The notes below the pieces were generated by a model that saw nothing but the letters and a program-made list of their open reading frames with translations, did no database searches and had not been told where the DNA came from. Positions 39,310 to 48,440 of a stretch of 64,000 bases of DNA are shown in pieces. The stretch's first letter is position 1; each line of letters starts with the position of its first letter. The position numbers and the translations under genes were made by a program. Origin of the DNA: Candidatus Dormiibacterota bacterium (GTDB lineage: Bacteria; Chloroflexota; Dormibacteria; Aeolococcales; Aeolococcaceae); the NCBI GenBank assembly GCA_963718525.1, contig OY970355.1, positions 832,001 through 896,000 of the forward strand, written 5' to 3'.

Positions 39310-40029
39310 ATGGTCGCCAGCGCTGAGCGGCTCGAGCTGATCATCGATGGAGGCGCTCCCGGGCAGGAGAACATGCGTCGCGACCTGTCGCTGCTCGATG
39401 CGTGCGCGCACGGCGAGATCTCCGGCGCAGTCCGCCTCTACTGGTTCGAGCCGGCGTGCTTGAGCCTGGGCCGCATGCAACCGCTCGACGACGTGGATCT
39501 TGAGGCGTGCGCTCGCGACGGTGTCGACATTGTTCGCCGCCCGAGCGGCGGCCGCGCAGTGCTCCACGACCAGGAGGTGACCTACTCGGTGGTGTGCCGT
39601 TCGGACGATCCCATCTTCGGCGGACGCGTACTGGAGTCGTGCTCCAGGATTCACCAGGCCGTCGCGAGAGGCCTCGAGATGCTCGGGGTGCATGCCGTCC
39701 CGCGTGCGATGCCCGCAAACCTCCGACGTGACGCCCGCGATGGGGCGGCGGTCGCGGACTGCTTCGCCCGGCCGGCGGCGCACGAACTCCTCGACGACAC
39801 GGGTCGGAAGATGGTCGGCAGCGCTCAGGCGAGGCGAGCAGGTGCGCTGCTCCAGCACGGGTCGGTCCTGCTCGAGGCACCACGGGCGGCGGCGTATCTT
39901 CGCAGCGATACGGGACCGTCGTTCGGTGGCATCGGCGTGCGCGAGCTGCTTGGTCGCGAGGTGGGACGAGCGGAGCTCGTCGACGCGCTTGCTGAGGGGT
40001 TCAGCAACGCCCTCGAGCGGTCATCGTGA
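39310..40029 (+). CDS. Lipoate-protein ligase / LipM-type octanoyltransferase
   Basis: NMRRD, RRPSGGRAVLH, CF, KMVGSAQ, LQHGS. Confidence 0.88.
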   Translation: MVASAERLELIIDGGAPGQENMRRDLSLLDACAHGEISGAVRLYWFEPACLSLGRMQPLDDVDLEACARDGVDIVRRPSGGRAVLHDQEVTYSVVCRSDDPIFGGRVLESCSRIHQAVARGLEMLGVHAVPRAMPANLRRDARDGAAVADCFARPAAHELLDDTGRKMVGSAQARRAGALLQHGSVLLEAPRAAAYLRSDTGPSFGGIGVRELLGREVGRAELVDALAEGFSNALERSS

Positions 40030-40719
40030 CGCGCAGGATCGCCGCGCCACAAAGACGTACTCGCGGCTCTCGTCGGTGAGCGGCGTGCTGTCGAAGTCGC
40101 CGTAGAGCGCTTCATGGTCGAGCCCCGCGACGTCGATGAGCCCGAGCCACTCGTTCTTGGTTGCCCACCAGAGCGAGCTGGTCGCGCCGCTGTCGAGCGT
40201 CATGTCGATCCTGTTATCGCCGACTGCATAACGGTTCGTATGAGGCAACGGGGAGTCCATGTGCTCCCCGTCGAGCTTCGACGCGACCTGGTGGTCGAAC
40301 GCAAAGACGTTCCACGCAAACCGCCCGCCCGGCTGCAGTGAGGCGGCCACGCCTTCGAACGTGCGGCGCCGTTCGGCCCACGTCCGCACGTGAAGAAGCG
40401 CCCGAAACGGGCAGTAGATCAGAGCCGCCGGCTCCTCGAGCGCGAAATCCCGCATGTCGCCAAAGCGCAGGTCGAGATCCACGCCCGCATCGGCCGCGCG
40501 ATCGCGCGCCTGGGCAAGCATCGCCGGCGACGTGTCGATCCCGATGACGCGCCGTCCGGTCTCGCGCGCCACCGGGATGGCGACGCGCCCGTTTCCGACC
40601 GCCAGCTCAACGAGCGGTCCTGCCGCCTCGCGCGCGAGCCCGACGTAGAAAGGGATGTCGGCGCTCATGGCATCCGACCACTCGTCGTACCGATTCGCGA
40701 ACTCCTCGTGCCAGCTCAC
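40021..40719 (-). CDS. Class I SAM-dependent methyltransferase
   Basis: VELAVGNGR, GIDTS..ML, GDMR, LQPGG. Confidence 0.9.
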   Translation of the reverse strand: MSWHEEFANRYDEWSDAMSADIPFYVGLAREAAGPLVELAVGNGRVAIPVARETGRRVIGIDTSPAMLAQARDRAADAGVDLDLRFGDMRDFALEEPAALIYCPFRALLHVRTWAERRRTFEGVAASLQPGGRFAWNVFAFDHQVASKLDGEHMDSPLPHTNRYAVGDNRIDMTLDSGATSSLWWATKNEWLGLIDVAGLDHEALYGDFDSTPLTDESREYVFVARRSCASR

Positions 40720-40873
40720 GCGCAGATGCTACGGGTTGCGCGCGCATCGAGCGGAGCGTCCCCAACCTCAGGCGCGCCTGAACCTGCTGCGAGCGAAGGC
40801 GGCGCCTGCGGCAGCGCGCCTCTGGCCGAACGAGTCTCGAGGGGCTATCCTCGTCGCGTCTCGAGGTGGCGTG

Positions 40874-41362
40874 ATGTCGTGGGGTCGTGACTGGTCGGAG
40901 CTGAAAGCGGGACGAAGGTGTCCAATCTGTCGTGACGTCGACCGGGAGGACAACGGCTACGGGCTTCGCTACTTCCGGGGCAACTGGATGAGCGCCTTCC
41001 TGCAACGGGAGGAGGTCGTGCCCGGATACAGCGTTGCCTACTGGCACGGGCGCCATGTCTGCGAGCCGTGGGAACTGCGTGACGACGAACTCATTGGCTA
41101 TTTCGGGGAGGTGAATCTCGTCAGTCGAACGCTGTCCGACCTCTTCGGCTCGGCCAAGATGAACTACCAAATTCTCGGCAACGTCGTGCCACATCTTCAC
41201 GTCCACATCCTCCCCAGGAGCCAGTCAGACCGAAGCCCACGCGCGCCCCTCGTCTGGCCTCCGGCGGCAGATTCACCCACCGGAAGGCAAAGGGTTCCGG
41301 AGTTCGACCTGATGAGGTACGTCACTGAGCTGCGCGGCCTGCTGCCCCAACCGCCCCCATGA
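40874..41362 (+). CDS. HIT family protein
   Basis: CPIC, NYQILGN.VPHLHVHILPR histidine triad; GAGGTG upstream. Confidence 0.88.
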   Translation: MSWGRDWSELKAGRRCPICRDVDREDNGYGLRYFRGNWMSAFLQREEVVPGYSVAYWHGRHVCEPWELRDDELIGYFGEVNLVSRTLSDLFGSAKMNYQILGNVVPHLHVHILPRSQSDRSPRAPLVWPPAADSPTGRQRVPEFDLMRYVTELRGLLPQPPP

Positions 41363-41386
41363 TGACTGCGGCGGGTAAACGTCTGA

Positions 41387-41415
41387 TTGAATACCCCCGC
41401 ATGATGTGTTAGCGT
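41387..41415 (+). promoter_or_regulatory. Sigma70-type promoter
   Basis: TTGAAT, 17 bp, TAGCGT, with extended TGn. Confidence 0.65.
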
Positions 41416-41421
41416 TCGGCA

Positions 41422-41605
41422 AAGGCCACAAGATGTAGGGCTGCACCCCTTACTCCAAGGCTCGTCGGGCAGCGGGCGCCGGGCTTCACCACCGCTCAGG
41501 CCATGGCTCCCATCGTGGCCATCTCATCCGGAGGCCCGCTGCCTGCCCCGTCACCGTGGTGCGACGGCAGGCAGTGCTGCGCTGCCGGGTCGGGCGCGCA
41601 CCCCC
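41422..41605 (+). ncRNA. Candidate structured small RNA or long regulatory leader
   Basis: Follows the promoter; 10-bp and 9-bp perfect GC helices that are mutually exclusive; no convincing ORF. Confidence 0.35.
41426..41441. promoter_or_regulatory. NrdR-box-like palindrome just downstream of the predicted TSS
   Basis: ccaCaAgATgTaGggc; weaker partner cccCcgcATgatGtgt 32 bp upstream (41394-41409). Confidence 0.55.
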
Positions 41606-41626
41606 CTGATACGCTTCGATCAATTC

Positions 41627-42094
41627 ATGGCCAAGAAGACCCGAAAGCAAAAACAGCGAACCGCGACGCGACGCCCGCAGGCATCCGCCCCTGCTTCGCC
41701 CGGCACGGCGGTGCGCCAGGCCCCCGCACCGCTGCCCGCAAGCCCGCGTCCGGCGCAGGCTCAGGTGCTGCCGCAAACGTTGCTGCCGCTCCCGGGTGCT
41801 GACCTCGACATCGAGTCCGAGCCGGCCGACGAAGCGCCCGCTGAGCAGCCGGGCGCTGACACGTCGGCACGCCGGCGTGTGCAGCGGGTCAACCCCGCAG
41901 CTCAGCCTCGCGTCATCAGGGGCCAGGTGAGCGCAGCCGCTCTCTTCCAGCCGCTCGAAACTGACGACGCGGCGATCCCGTTCGACCGAGTGCCCTATGT
42001 GCCTCGGGATCTGCGGCGGGTGGCGATCATGGCCTCGCTCATGGTGGTGCTCATCCTCGTCGCGGCGATCGTGGTGACGCGCATCAATCCGTGA
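41627..42094 (+). CDS. Tail-anchored hypothetical protein
   Basis: Basic, Pro/Ala-rich N-terminus; PYVPRDLRR then a single TM ending 5 aa from the C-terminus; TGaTACGCT upstream. Confidence 0.75.
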   Translation: MAKKTRKQKQRTATRRPQASAPASPGTAVRQAPAPLPASPRPAQAQVLPQTLLPLPGADLDIESEPADEAPAEQPGADTSARRRVQRVNPAAQPRVIRGQVSAAALFQPLETDDAAIPFDRVPYVPRDLRRVAIMASLMVVLILVAAIVVTRINP

Positions 42095-42110
42095 GCAGCG
42101 AGACACGCGC

Positions 42111-43283
42111 GTGCGAGTGATCCTCTACACAGGCAAGGGTGGCGTCGGCAAGACGACCGTCGCCGCGGCAACCGCTGTCAAGTGCGCGAGCCTTGGGCTC
42201 AAAACCCTGGTGATCAGCACCGACGCGGCACACAGCCTCGGCGACAGCGTCGACCAGGAGATCGGTGACCAGCCGACCCAGCTTGCGCCGAATCTCTGGG
42301 GGCAGGAGGTCAACGCGCTCCACGAGCTCGAGGAACACTGGGACCGCATCCACATCTACCTGACGTCGCTCTTCGCGTCGCAGGGTGTCGACGACATCGT
42401 CGCCGAGGAGATGGCCTCGCCTCCGGGTATGGAGGAGGTCGCGAGCCTCATGTGGATCAAGAAGCACAAGCGCGAGGGCAAGTTCGACGTGCTCATCGTG
42501 GACTGCGCCCCCACCGGCGAGACCCTGCAACTGCTTGCGTTTCCCGACGTCGCCAAGTGGTACCTCGATCGCATCTTCCCGATCCACAGGATGATGAACA
42601 AGGTGGCACGCCCGGTCATGCAGCCGTTCATCAACATCCCGCTGCCGAGCGACGAGATCTTCAGCAACGTCAAGGACCTTCTCCTCGATCTCGAGGGGAT
42701 GAAGAAGATCCTCGGCGATCCCAAGGTGTGCACCACCCGGATCGTGCTCAACCTCGAGAAGATGGTGGTCAAGGAAGCGCAGCGAGCGTTCACGTACCTG
42801 AGCCTGTATGACTACCTCACCGATCTCATCGTCGTGAACCGCGTGCTCCCTCCGGAGGTCACCGACACGTATTTCGATTCCTGGCGCGAGGCCCAGCAGC
42901 GGTATGCGGTGTTGGTGGAGAGCGCCTTCTCACCCATCCCGACACTGCAGACCAAGCTGTTCGATCACGAGATCGTCGGTCTCGAGTCACTCACCGAGAT
43001 GGGCGAGTCGATCTACGGAGACCGTGATCCCTCGCAGATCTTCTATCACGCCGTGCCGCAGCGCATTCGCAAGGTGGGCGACACGTACGAGCTCCAGCTG
43101 CACCTTCCGTTCGTCGGCAAGGAGGACGTCGACATCAAGCACCGCGAGGGCGAGCTCTTCGTCAGTGTCGGTCCGTACAAGCGTGAGATCTCACTGCCGC
43201 GGGTGCTCAACGGCAAGCGCGTGACCAGAGGGCGCATCGAAGACGGAATGCTCTCCGTCACCTTCTCGAATCGACGCCCATGA
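42111..43283 (+). CDS. ArsA/Get3-family ATPase with C-terminal HSP20-like domain
   Basis: TGKGGVGKTT, STDAAHSLGD, PGMEE, DCAPTGETL, VNR; C-terminal LHLPFV.KEDVDI...EL.V.VG.YKR.I.LP. Confidence 0.92.
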   Translation: MRVILYTGKGGVGKTTVAAATAVKCASLGLKTLVISTDAAHSLGDSVDQEIGDQPTQLAPNLWGQEVNALHELEEHWDRIHIYLTSLFASQGVDDIVAEEMASPPGMEEVASLMWIKKHKREGKFDVLIVDCAPTGETLQLLAFPDVAKWYLDRIFPIHRMMNKVARPVMQPFINIPLPSDEIFSNVKDLLLDLEGMKKILGDPKVCTTRIVLNLEKMVVKEAQRAFTYLSLYDYLTDLIVVNRVLPPEVTDTYFDSWREAQQRYAVLVESAFSPIPTLQTKLFDHEIVGLESLTEMGESIYGDRDPSQIFYHAVPQRIRKVGDTYELQLHLPFVGKEDVDIKHREGELFVSVGPYKREISLPRVLNGKRVTRGRIEDGMLSVTFSNRRP

Positions 43284-43546
43284 CCGATGCGTGCCGCGTC
43301 TGCCCCACGCGTCTCATCGATGAGGCGTCGCGCGTCCTCGGGACATCGTTCGGAGACCTGGTTCCCCCCGAGGCACAGCGGCATCTGCTCATCGCGCAGC
43401 GCGAGCTGCTGCTTGCCCTGGCTGCGATGATCGAGCACCACACACGGCAACAGCCGGAGTCCACCGAGCATGCGACCCGTGGCCGGAGACGATCACGGAG
43501 CGGAACAGAGCGCTCGCGGCGGCCGTCGCGGGTCGAGCTCGAGTAG
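43280..43546 (+). CDS. Small hypothetical protein coupled to ArsA/Get3
   Basis: ATGA overlap; CRVC, amphipathic helix, basic tail ending RVELE. Confidence 0.7.
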   Translation: MTDACRVCPTRLIDEASRVLGTSFGDLVPPEAQRHLLIAQRELLLALAAMIEHHTRQQPESTEHATRGRRRSRSGTERSRRPSRVELE

Positions 43547-43556
43547 CCGGCACCGG

Positions 43557-44294
43557 GTGATCACTCCCGGTACCTACCTGGCGATCGTCCTCTACACGTT
43601 GCCGGGCTTCGTGTTCGGCTCGGTCATCCACGAGCTCAGCCACAACGCGGTGGCGTTGCGCGGCGGCGATCCAACCCCGCGGCGGGACGGCCGCATGACA
43701 CTCGACCCTCGTCGCAACCTTGACCCGCTGGGCTGTCTCGCTATGCTCGTTGCCGGCGTCGGCTGGGGGCGGCCGGTCAAGCTCGACCCGCTGTACCTCC
43801 GTGAGGGCCGGCAGCGCGCGGCGGTCGCGGCGGCAGGACCGCTGGCGCATCTCGTCGTCGCAGCGGTCTTCGCCGGTGCGCTGCGTGTCGAACTCCTCGA
43901 ATCGGGCATCGACGCGTCAGGTTTCGTGATCCTCGCGCAGTTCACCCTCCAGGGGATCATCCTCGGGGTGCTGCTGCAGGGATTCCTCGTCAACATCGCG
44001 CTCTTCGTCTTCAACGCGCTGCCGATTCCGGGGCTGGACGGCTACGCCGTGGTGCGCGCTCTGCTGTTCAGCGCACTGCCTCGAGTGTTCCTGTATCTCG
44101 AGCAGTACCGGCATGCGATCTACGCCCTCGTCGCGCTCGCGCTGCTGCTGCCGCCGCCGCTGACTCACGGCGCTTTCGACCTGGCCTCCGCCATGACGGT
44201 TGGCACAGCCTCGCTCACGTTCGACCATCTGATCATGCCCGGCGTGCAGCCGCTCTTCCTCGGGCTGCCGAACCTGTTTCACCTTCTGTCGTGA
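43557..44294 (+). CDS. Site-2 protease (peptidase M50)
   Basis: HELSH, GDPTP..GRMTLDP, GWGRPV, AAGP, NALPIPGLDG. Confidence 0.92.
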   Translation: MITPGTYLAIVLYTLPGFVFGSVIHELSHNAVALRGGDPTPRRDGRMTLDPRRNLDPLGCLAMLVAGVGWGRPVKLDPLYLREGRQRAAVAAAGPLAHLVVAAVFAGALRVELLESGIDASGFVILAQFTLQGIILGVLLQGFLVNIALFVFNALPIPGLDGYAVVRALLFSALPRVFLYLEQYRHAIYALVALALLLPPPLTHGAFDLASAMTVGTASLTFDHLIMPGVQPLFLGLPNLFHLLS

Positions 44295-44800
44295 GCGCCG
44301 TCATCGTCGAGGGTGTCGAGTGGCAGGTGGAAGGTGCACAGATCGCGATCGTGGAGCGGGGACGCGTCCTGCTCCAGTTCCGGCCCTGGCCTCCGGGCTG
44401 GGAACTTCCCGGCGGGCACTGCGAGGCCGGCGAGGACCCGGCGGTCACTGCCGCGCGCGAGACCGCGGAGGAGACAGGCTACGAGGTGCGCATCGCCGGC
44501 ATCGTCGGTGTGTACTCGTGGCGGGGGCTGCGGTCGGCGGGCGACGTGGTCTATCTCGGGGTGGTGATCGGGGGTGCGCCGCGGCGGAGCATCGAAGCCT
44601 GGGCACTCCGCATGGCATCTCCTGACGCGCTCCCCCGAACGGTGTTCCCGTGGATGCGCGATCGCGTGCGTGACGCGGTCGCCGCCGCCGCGGGCGGCCC
44701 CCCGGTGCATCGCGTCCAACCGGTCACCATCCGCCATGTGCTCGGGTTCGCCACCGCATGGCTGCACACGCCGATCGACAGGTTGCTGCGCCGCCGATGA
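44291..44800 (+). CDS. NUDIX hydrolase
   Basis: WELPGGHCEAGEDPAVTAARETAEETG Nudix box. Confidence 0.9.
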   Translation: MSAVIVEGVEWQVEGAQIAIVERGRVLLQFRPWPPGWELPGGHCEAGEDPAVTAARETAEETGYEVRIAGIVGVYSWRGLRSAGDVVYLGVVIGGAPRRSIEAWALRMASPDALPRTVFPWMRDRVRDAVAAAAGGPPVHRVQPVTIRHVLGFATAWLHTPIDRLLRRR

Positions 44801-45786
44801 TCACTGCGCTGCTGTTCGTCGCGAGCCTGATCCTCGTGGTGATCGCGTCCGAGCTGTTCACCAATGCCATCGAATGGGCCGGGTACATGCTCAATCTCGG
44901 CACTGGCGCGACCGGGAGCCTGCTCGCGGCGCTCGGCACCTCGTTGCCCGAGACCGTCGTACCGATCGTTGCGCTCGCAACCCATTCGCCGTCGGCGAAC
45001 GCGGTCGCCACCGGTGCCGTGTTGGGATCGCCGTTCCTGCTGCTCACGGTTGGAGCGGGTGCAACCGGCGTCGCGGTGGTGATCCGCGGTGGTGCGCGCC
45101 GGCTCACAGTCGACCCCCGCCAGGCTCGACGTGACCTCGGGGTCTTTCTCGGGGCATTCACCGTCGCAGCGCTGTCGAGCCTGCTCCCGAGTGGCGCAAG
45201 AATCGCGGTCGGAGCGCTGCTGCTGCTCGCGTATGCCGTCTACGTTGTCGCAACACTCCGCGGCAGCACGGCGGCGGGCGAGAGTCCGGAACCGCTGCAC
45301 ATCGTGCGCTGGCGCCCGGGTGAGCCCCACCCGGTGCTGGTGACCGTGCAACTCCTCGTTGCCGTCGGCCTGCTGATCGTCGGTTCGCAGCTCTTCGTCA
45401 CCGCACTCGATCGGACGGCGTCGGCGTTGCAGATCCCCGCGATGGTGCTCGCGCTCGTGATCGTGCCCGTGGCAACCGAGCTGCCCGAGACATTCAACAG
45501 CGTGCTCTGGGTGCGCACCGACGACGACATGCTCGCGTTCGGCAACGTGGCCGGGTCCGCGGCCTTTCAGTCCTGCGTCCTCGCCGCGATCGGCATCGTC
45601 TTCACGACCTGGCACCTGGGGTCGGCCGGCCTCATCAGCGTCACGCTCACGCTGATCACGGCGGCCTTCCTGCTCGTGTCGCTCTGGACCGGCCGCGCCC
45701 GCGGCTCGCTGCTGATGCTCACGCTGGTGCCGTGGGTGGCGTATGTCATCGCGCAGGTCGCGACCGGTGGACGGCTGGCGGTCTGA
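44797..45786 (+). CDS. Sodium/calcium exchanger (CaCA family)
   Basis: Alpha repeats GTSLPET..VLGSP and ATELPET..GNVAGS. Confidence 0.9.
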   Translation: MITALLFVASLILVVIASELFTNAIEWAGYMLNLGTGATGSLLAALGTSLPETVVPIVALATHSPSANAVATGAVLGSPFLLLTVGAGATGVAVVIRGGARRLTVDPRQARRDLGVFLGAFTVAALSSLLPSGARIAVGALLLLAYAVYVVATLRGSTAAGESPEPLHIVRWRPGEPHPVLVTVQLLVAVGLLIVGSQLFVTALDRTASALQIPAMVLALVIVPVATELPETFNSVLWVRTDDDMLAFGNVAGSAAFQSCVLAAIGIVFTTWHLGSAGLISVTLTLITAAFLLVSLWTGRARGSLLMLTLVPWVAYVIAQVATGGRLAV

Positions 45787-45805
45787 GCGGGACAATCGCG
45801 GACTT

Positions 45806-46675
45806 ATGCGCGTTCACGCCACCGGCGACGTGGAGGAGTATGCCGCCGCAGCGGAGACGTTCCTCCGGGCCGAGCCGTGTGCTCGCAACGTGTTGCTCAC
45901 CATCGTGGACATCGTGCGAACCGCGCCGTCGATGTACGGTGCGCCGAGCTTCTGGTGGATCACGGACGCCGGCGCAGTCGTCGGTGCGGCCAGCTGGACC
46001 CCTCCCCACCACCTGCTGGTGTCCTCGATGCCGCCGGAAGCCACGGCCGGGATCGCGGCCGCCGCTCTCGAGCGCGCGACGGGGCTCGGCATCCGTCCCG
46101 GCGGTGTGGTCGGACCCGCGTCATCAGCGCGCGCGGTTGCGGCGGCATGGACCGCCATCACGGACGACACCATCGAACTCGACCGGCCCATCCTGCTCAA
46201 CGAGCTTGGTTCGCTCACGGAGGTGACGAGACCGCCCGGCGAGCGCCGGGGCGGGGTCGACGGCGACGTGATTCTCGTCGCCGCGTGGCTCGAGGAATTC
46301 ACGGCCGAGATCGAGCACATCGCGCCGGCGGACTCCCGGGCGATGGCGCAACATCTGATCCGGTCGGAACAGCTGGACCTCTGGGTCGTCGACGGAGAGA
46401 CTGTCTGCATGGTCGGGCACCGGCACGCTGCCGGCGTCCTGCGCGTCGGTCCCGTGTACACCCCTCCGCAGCACCGCAACCACGGCTACGCGAGACGGCT
46501 CACCTACGAGGTGACCGCGATCGCACTCGAGCATCCGGACGTCAACCACGCCATGCTCTTCACCGATGCAGCCAATCCTGTCTCGAACTCGATCTATCAG
46601 CAGGCCGGCTATCAGCCGCGCGGCGAGCACGTGGAAATCGAATTCGCGAAGCGGGACGTCCAACCCGGGCATTAG
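45806..46675 (+). CDS. GNAT acetyltransferase
   Basis: RVGPVYTPPQHRNHGYA, LFTDAANPVSNSIYQQAGY. Confidence 0.9.
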   Translation: MRVHATGDVEEYAAAAETFLRAEPCARNVLLTIVDIVRTAPSMYGAPSFWWITDAGAVVGAASWTPPHHLLVSSMPPEATAGIAAAALERATGLGIRPGGVVGPASSARAVAAAWTAITDDTIELDRPILLNELGSLTEVTRPPGERRGGVDGDVILVAAWLEEFTAEIEHIAPADSRAMAQHLIRSEQLDLWVVDGETVCMVGHRHAAGVLRVGPVYTPPQHRNHGYARRLTYEVTAIALEHPDVNHAMLFTDAANPVSNSIYQQAGYQPRGEHVEIEFAKRDVQPGH

Positions 46676-46684
46676 AGTGGCGCG

Positions 46685-47590
46685 ATGAATCTCGAAGGCA
46701 AGGTCGCCGTGGTCACGGGGAGCGGCCGTGGCATCGGTCGCGCCTACGCGCTCGGGCTCGCCCAGGCGGGCTGCGCCGTCGTCGTCAACGACGTCGACGG
46801 TGATGTCGCGGAAGCCACTGCGGACGCGATCGCCAGTGCGGGTGGACGGGTCGTGGCCGAGGTGTGCGCGGTCGGATCCGCCGAGGCCTCCGAGCAGCTC
46901 GTCTCCGGTGCAGTCAAGGCCTTCGGGCATCTCGACATCATGTGCACCAACGCCGGCATCCTTCGTGACCGCGTGCTCTGGAACATGAGCGACGACGACT
47001 TCGACGTCGTGATCGAGACGCACCTTCGCGGCACGTTCACCTGCGCGCGCGCTGCGGTGCGGCAGATGCGCGAGCAGGGAACGGGGGGACGGATCGTGGT
47101 CGTCTCATCGATCGCCGGGCAGCGCGGCAACTTCGGGCAGACCAACTACGCGGCCGCAAAGGCGGGGATCGCGGCGTATGCGCGTACCTGGGCGATGGAG
47201 TGCGCGAAGCACAACATCACGGTGAATGCGATCGTGCCCAACGCGATCACCCGGATGATCTCGACGATTCCCGGCATGGCATCCCTGGTCGATGCGGCCG
47301 AACGAGGCGAGCCGCTCCCGGCGACCGTGCGCAAGCAGATGGGCATGGGAACTCCCGACGACGTCGCCCCGCTGCTGGTGTTCCTGAGCTCCGACGAGGC
47401 GGCCGGGGTCACCGGTCAGTGCATCGGCCTCGGCGGAGACAAGCTGTCGCTGTGGGCCCATCCCAAAGAGATCTCGGTCGCCTTCCGAGACGGTGGCTGG
47501 ACCGCCGACGCGATCGCGGAAGTCTGGTCGACCTCGGTCGGCTCCGAGCTCGAGACCTACGGCATCCAATTCCTCGGCGGTACCAGCTGA
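46685..47590 (+). CDS. Short-chain dehydrogenase/reductase
   Basis: TGSGRGIG, NAGILRD, GNFGQTNYAAAK. Confidence 0.94.
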   Translation: MNLEGKVAVVTGSGRGIGRAYALGLAQAGCAVVVNDVDGDVAEATADAIASAGGRVVAEVCAVGSAEASEQLVSGAVKAFGHLDIMCTNAGILRDRVLWNMSDDDFDVVIETHLRGTFTCARAAVRQMREQGTGGRIVVVSSIAGQRGNFGQTNYAAAKAGIAAYARTWAMECAKHNITVNAIVPNAITRMISTIPGMASLVDAAERGEPLPATVRKQMGMGTPDDVAPLLVFLSSDEAAGVTGQCIGLGGDKLSLWAHPKEISVAFRDGGWTADAIAEVWSTSVGSELETYGIQFLGGTS

Positions 47591-47597
47591 GCTGCGC

Positions 47598-48327
47598 CTA
47601 CGGGGGCGGTGCCAGGGGCGGCGGTTGGAGCGGTTCGGGATCTGCAACCGCAGCCGGGGCGGGGACGACGACGAGCGCCGCGGCGTTGTACACGACGACC
47701 ACTGCGAGGATCACGAGCGCGACCCAGAGCCCGATGCCAATGTTCACGTTGAAGAGCGCGGCGGGGTCGAGCCCCGGAACGCTCGATCCCTGAACTCGAG
47801 GAGATTTTGGCGAGGAGGACGTCCCGAACGTGGAACTGATCGAGTATGAGCAGCGCGCCGGCACCCGCCGCGAATACGGCGGTGACGAACGCCCGGCTCC
47901 TCGCCGCCAGCAGTCCGAGCAGACCCGCACTCGAGAACAGCAGCGCAAAGCCGATGCTGACCAGTGCGAAGAGGGCCAGCAGCTGCGGGCCGATGTTCGC
48001 CGAGGACGTGTCGGCGCCGGCGGCGTTGTTCTGGTTGCACGCGGCGGGCACCGACCCGATCACCGGGTTCTTTCCAAGGGTGAGCTGCCAGCCGCTGTAC
48101 GTGAGGATGTTCACGCCGTTCAGCGCGTCGAGGCATTCGCTCACCTGAGCTGCCTGCGCCCCGCTGAGCCCCTGGGAGGCGTCGATCGATGCGATCTCGG
48201 ATTTGGTCGTGGCCGCATTGCAGGACACGCCGGTGAACGCCAGGAAGAAGGTCAGGATCACCAGCAGAAGCAGGAACGGGCTGACCCGGCGGGCACCGGG
48301 CTCGCCGACCAGCCAGGAGAGGTTCAC
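47598..48327 (-). pseudogene. Membrane protein gene with apparent frameshift near 47796
   Basis: First frame reads sensibly to ..LLAKISS; a second frame carries VQGSSVPGLDPAALFNVNIGIGLWVAL.. (final TM) and a Pro-rich tail. Confidence 0.6.
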
Positions 48328-48440
48328 GCCGGCACGTCGGTGGGAACCTCAGCCAACCCGATCGAGCCCTTGAGTCACGCGTGGCAGTGTATCGGCACAC
48401 CTATACTCGCCCGCGACACCTGACGTTCGGAGGGAAGACC

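Noticed and set aside
40741-41420. HIT gene with slightly lower GC flanked by gccgaacg/cgttcggc, suggestive of an integron cassette or small mobile element
   Set aside because: The 8-bp inverted pair has the wrong orientation and spacing for attC; no integrase, transposase or target duplication; could be chance
42111-43283. ArsA as an arsenic-resistance determinant
   Set aside because: Single ATPase domain with HSP20-like tail and no arsR/B/C/D or acr3 neighbours; fits the Get3-like class
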